A stretch of DNA of 19,524 nucleotides from a bacterium (GTDB lineage Bacteria > Zhuqueibacterota > Zhuqueibacteria > Zhuqueibacterales > Zhuqueibacteraceae), in contig JBIOXB010000160.1 of NCBI GenBank assembly GCA_044869275.1, forward strand, positions 1-19,524, read 5' to 3'. Below the pieces are notes generated by a model. That model did no database searches. It was not told the origin of the DNA and saw nothing but the letters and a program-made list of their open reading frames with translations. How positions within the stretch are numbered: the stretch's first letter is position 1; each line of letters opens with the position of its first letter. The translations under genes were made by a program, and so were the position numbers. This document shows, piece by piece, positions 17,249-19,524 of the stretch.

Positions 17249-17317
17249 AACCGCGAATAGACGCTAATGAACGCGAATTTAAACGAATTAGCGTGCATTA
17301 GCGTTGATTAGCGGCTT
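17249..17317. repeat. Palindrome of 3+3 ten-nt CGC(G/T)AAT units
   Basis: CCGCGAATAG ACGCTAATGA ACGCGAATTT ... ATTAGCGTGC ATTAGCGTTG ATTAGCGGCT; same family as 15394-15482. Confidence 0.85.
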
Positions 17318-17335
17318 AAAAAATGGTCGAGTAAT

Positions 17336-18664
17336 TTAAGTGCCGATCCTTTGCAGGGTTACCTTCTGTGTATTCTCATACGCTATGCGTTCGTAGGGAC
17401 AATACTCAAAACATCTCGAACAGGAATAGCAAGACCCACGGTCGATTTCATAGTCTTTTCTGGGCCGCACAACTGACAGCCTTATGGGTTTGATGGCGAA
17501 CATTAATCCCAGGAATCCGCCCAGGAACCAACCGCCAGTGCGAAATTGTTTGCGGATCGCCATGGCCTCGTCAAAAAGCTCCTGCGTGGGTTTTTCCTGC
17601 GAACGGAATGTCCGGCTCTCGAGAGTCGTTTGCAGGACAAGGCCCATATCCTCCATTTGTATTTGTTCCGCCAAAGCGACGGTGGGATGCATCCTTGCCA
17701 ATAGCAGATCTAACCGTGAGAGCGCCCAGCCACTGGATAAGACGATGACGGGCAGCAGCAAGAATAAGACGCCCAATCTTTTGATGCTTTGTTCCCGGGA
17801 TTCCGGGAGCCTGCCGCCAACCGGTTTCCGAATCGCGCCCATTGGACATGCGTCTTCGCACAGGCGGCATTGCATACAAAAATTCGGTGTGGTAGACACA
17901 TGCCATTTTGCCAGTTTCGACATCCAGCCTAACAACACGCCATAGGGACACAAAAAGCGGCAGTAAGGGCGCGCAACAAAAACACTGAGCGCCACAAAAC
18001 CGGCCGAGTATACCATTGTGCCAAAATCATTGCTCATGCGAAAGATTGAGACGAAAGGATCATACCGGCAAATCAGAAAGGCCGAGCCGGTTGCGGCAAA
18101 AAGCAGAGTAAAACCCAAATACAGGTAAGGGATAACGCCCAATACTTCAGAGAGCCAAGCGGGAACCTTCACGGGCCGCAGCATCACCAAATCCTGCACG
18201 CCACCGAGTGGACAAACGCCCGCACAAAATCCACGTCCAAATAAGAGCGCAAAAACCAGAGGGATTATGAAAAAGGCGAGCACGCCTATGGGCAGGACAA
18301 AACCCGAGTTAAACAAGGCGGCTGTGACATTCTGCAGGGAGCCAACAGCGCACACGCACCCTTTGCGATAGAACCCAAAATAGACAACGGAGAAAATGGT
18401 CAGTAAAAAGATGGCGTGGCGCGAGCGCTTCTTCAATGCAAAATAACTTGCCAGGCCGATGGCGGCGGCAAGCAAAACCACATCAAGTATTTCGAGAAAT
18501 GCCGAGCGGGGAGCCGGTTGCTGCGTCAGGGGCTTTTGATATCCGCTGTCGAATTCCGGCCTGGGGAAGCGGTCCTGGGCAAAAATGAAATTGTTGAGAA
18601 ACAAGAAAATCAAACACGCGGCCAGCCAGGACAGCTTCGATGCTTTCAACTTGTCCAATCTCAT
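17336..18664 (-). CDS. Polytopic membrane 4Fe-4S binding protein (NapH/MauN/NosR-C-terminal-like)
   Basis: GRGFCAGVCPLG and RPYCRFLCPYG (CxxxCP motifs), two CxxCxxCxxxCP motifs and many TM helices. ATG 18664 is in ATGA overlap with the upstream stop. Confidence 0.88.
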   Translation of the reverse strand: MRLDKLKASKLSWLAACLIFLFLNNFIFAQDRFPRPEFDSGYQKPLTQQPAPRSAFLEILDVVLLAAAIGLASYFALKKRSRHAIFLLTIFSVVYFGFYRKGCVCAVGSLQNVTAALFNSGFVLPIGVLAFFIIPLVFALLFGRGFCAGVCPLGGVQDLVMLRPVKVPAWLSEVLGVIPYLYLGFTLLFAATGSAFLICRYDPFVSIFRMSNDFGTMVYSAGFVALSVFVARPYCRFLCPYGVLLGWMSKLAKWHVSTTPNFCMQCRLCEDACPMGAIRKPVGGRLPESREQSIKRLGVLFLLLPVIVLSSGWALSRLDLLLARMHPTVALAEQIQMEDMGLVLQTTLESRTFRSQEKPTQELFDEAMAIRKQFRTGGWFLGGFLGLMFAIKPIRLSVVRPRKDYEIDRGSCYSCSRCFEYCPYERIAYENTQKVTLQRIGT

Positions 18665-19209
18665 GCCCGACTCTTTTTGCCTTTTAATAAGTACGGACTG
18701 TCTGCCGGAACCCGCTTGAACGCGCCGGAGGAGCAAACCTGGGCGATGGAGCATTCGTTGCAATTCAGACAGCGATCATGCCGAACCTGAAGATACAGAG
18801 AGCCATTGCCAAAAGCGCCGCAACCCTTAACGCATTTCGCACAGCCGATGCACTTTTCCTCGATGATTTTGTATTCGTAATATGGGTTTTCGACAAACGT
18901 GCGCTGAATGGCGCCGGTCGGACAAAGCTGGTTTTCAGCGGCGGTATCCTGTATTTTCGAGCCGGCGCGGTGATAGCCACCACACAGTTTGCAATAGCCG
19001 CAAACCTGAAATGCATGTACGCACTTTACCGCTGAAATGGTGAGCACGCAATGCGTGGAGCAGCGCTCGCACTGCACGCAAATGTTCGGATCGATTTGCC
19101 AGACAGTGCTTCGTGATCGCAACCTGCCGGCAGCAAGAGCAGCAATTCCGCCCATGAATAATGCGGAAAGCGATCGCAATCCGTTGGTGAGGAAATCACG
19201 GCGCTTCAT
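18661..19209 (-). CDS. Twin-arginine-leader polyferredoxin
   Basis: MKRRDFL plus a hydrophobic stretch; 17 Cys including four CxxCxxC motifs; ATGA overlaps at both ends. Confidence 0.88.
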   Translation of the reverse strand: MKRRDFLTNGLRSLSALFMGGIAALAAGRLRSRSTVWQIDPNICVQCERCSTHCVLTISAVKCVHAFQVCGYCKLCGGYHRAGSKIQDTAAENQLCPTGAIQRTFVENPYYEYKIIEEKCIGCAKCVKGCGAFGNGSLYLQVRHDRCLNCNECSIAQVCSSGAFKRVPADSPYLLKGKKSRA

Positions 19210-19448
19210 ATTTTTGCTCTGGTCAATTCAGACTCTTTTTTGGCCGACAATGCCTGCGGCAAGCCGCATCCGGAGAAAACACGGCAGCCGTCGCAGATTC
19301 CTGCGTTGATGCACTCCTGGCTTGAGCGCTTTATCTGCTTTCTTACCAACAGGGTGCTACCAACCAGGCCGATAGCGATCAAGCTGATACTACGTGCACA
19401 TCTCCGCAAGAACTCTCTGCGACTTTGTGTTTGTTCGAAAAAAGACAT
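19206..19448 (-). CDS. Small twin-arginine-leader Cys-motif protein (80 aa), unknown function
   Basis: SRREFL, a hydrophobic helix and C-x5-C-x2-C-x5-C. AAGGAG RBS 6 nt before ATG 19448; the stop overlaps the ferredoxin start. Confidence 0.8.
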   Translation of the reverse strand: MSFFEQTQSRREFLRRCARSISLIAIGLVGSTLLVRKQIKRSSQECINAGICDGCRVFSGCGLPQALSAKKESELTRAKI

Positions 19449-19497
19449 GGGTTGCTCCTTCATTTTGACTTTCAAATTCTATGTTTTTCGTGACTAT

Positions 19498-19524
19498 CAC
19501 GACAACGTTAAGTCGGCCAGCCCT
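19498..19524. repeat. Possible left terminus of a third copy of the long-hairpin element (cut by the window edge)
   Basis: CACGACAACGTTAAGTCGG vs CTTGACAATGTTAAGTTGG, 15/19 identical, same orientation, again just upstream of a minus-strand gene. Confidence 0.4.

Noticed and set aside
15170..17317. Short tandem units as a CRISPR array
   Set aside because: Units are 7-10 nt, inverted, without unique spacers, and no cas genes are present.

Overview
Bacterial genomic window in three blocks, with almost all intact genes on the minus strand. (1) 1-7350 is a decaying accessory block: a BrnT/BrnA-type toxin-antitoxin pair (toxin with a premature stop), two LuxR-HTH remnants, a damaged Fe3+/thiamine-type ABC transporter, an ornithine cyclodeaminase/alanine dehydrogenase-family gene, a frameshifted chrA and an intact chrB with a 13-9-13 inverted-repeat operator. 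Two copies of a ~144-bp long-hairpin element lie upstream of chrB and of the ocd-like gene, and a probable third copy starts at the right edge. (2) 7371-10949 holds an ArsG/CcdA-like membrane protein, an unusual fusion of ArsM-C-terminal-like repeats to an ArsF-like thioredoxin domain, and a cysteine desulfurase. (3) 11122-19448 is a redox operon: small twin-arginine Cys protein, twin-arginine polyferredoxin, NapH-like membrane 4Fe-4S protein, membrane-anchored PQQ-like beta-propeller, a NuoE-NuoF (HydC-HydB) fusion with electron-bifurcation signatures, and a NuoG/GltD-like subunit with no NADP(H)-binding or catalytic domain. Most larger intergenic gaps hold palindromes built from short periodic units. 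All family assignments are motif recognition by eye; no searches were run.
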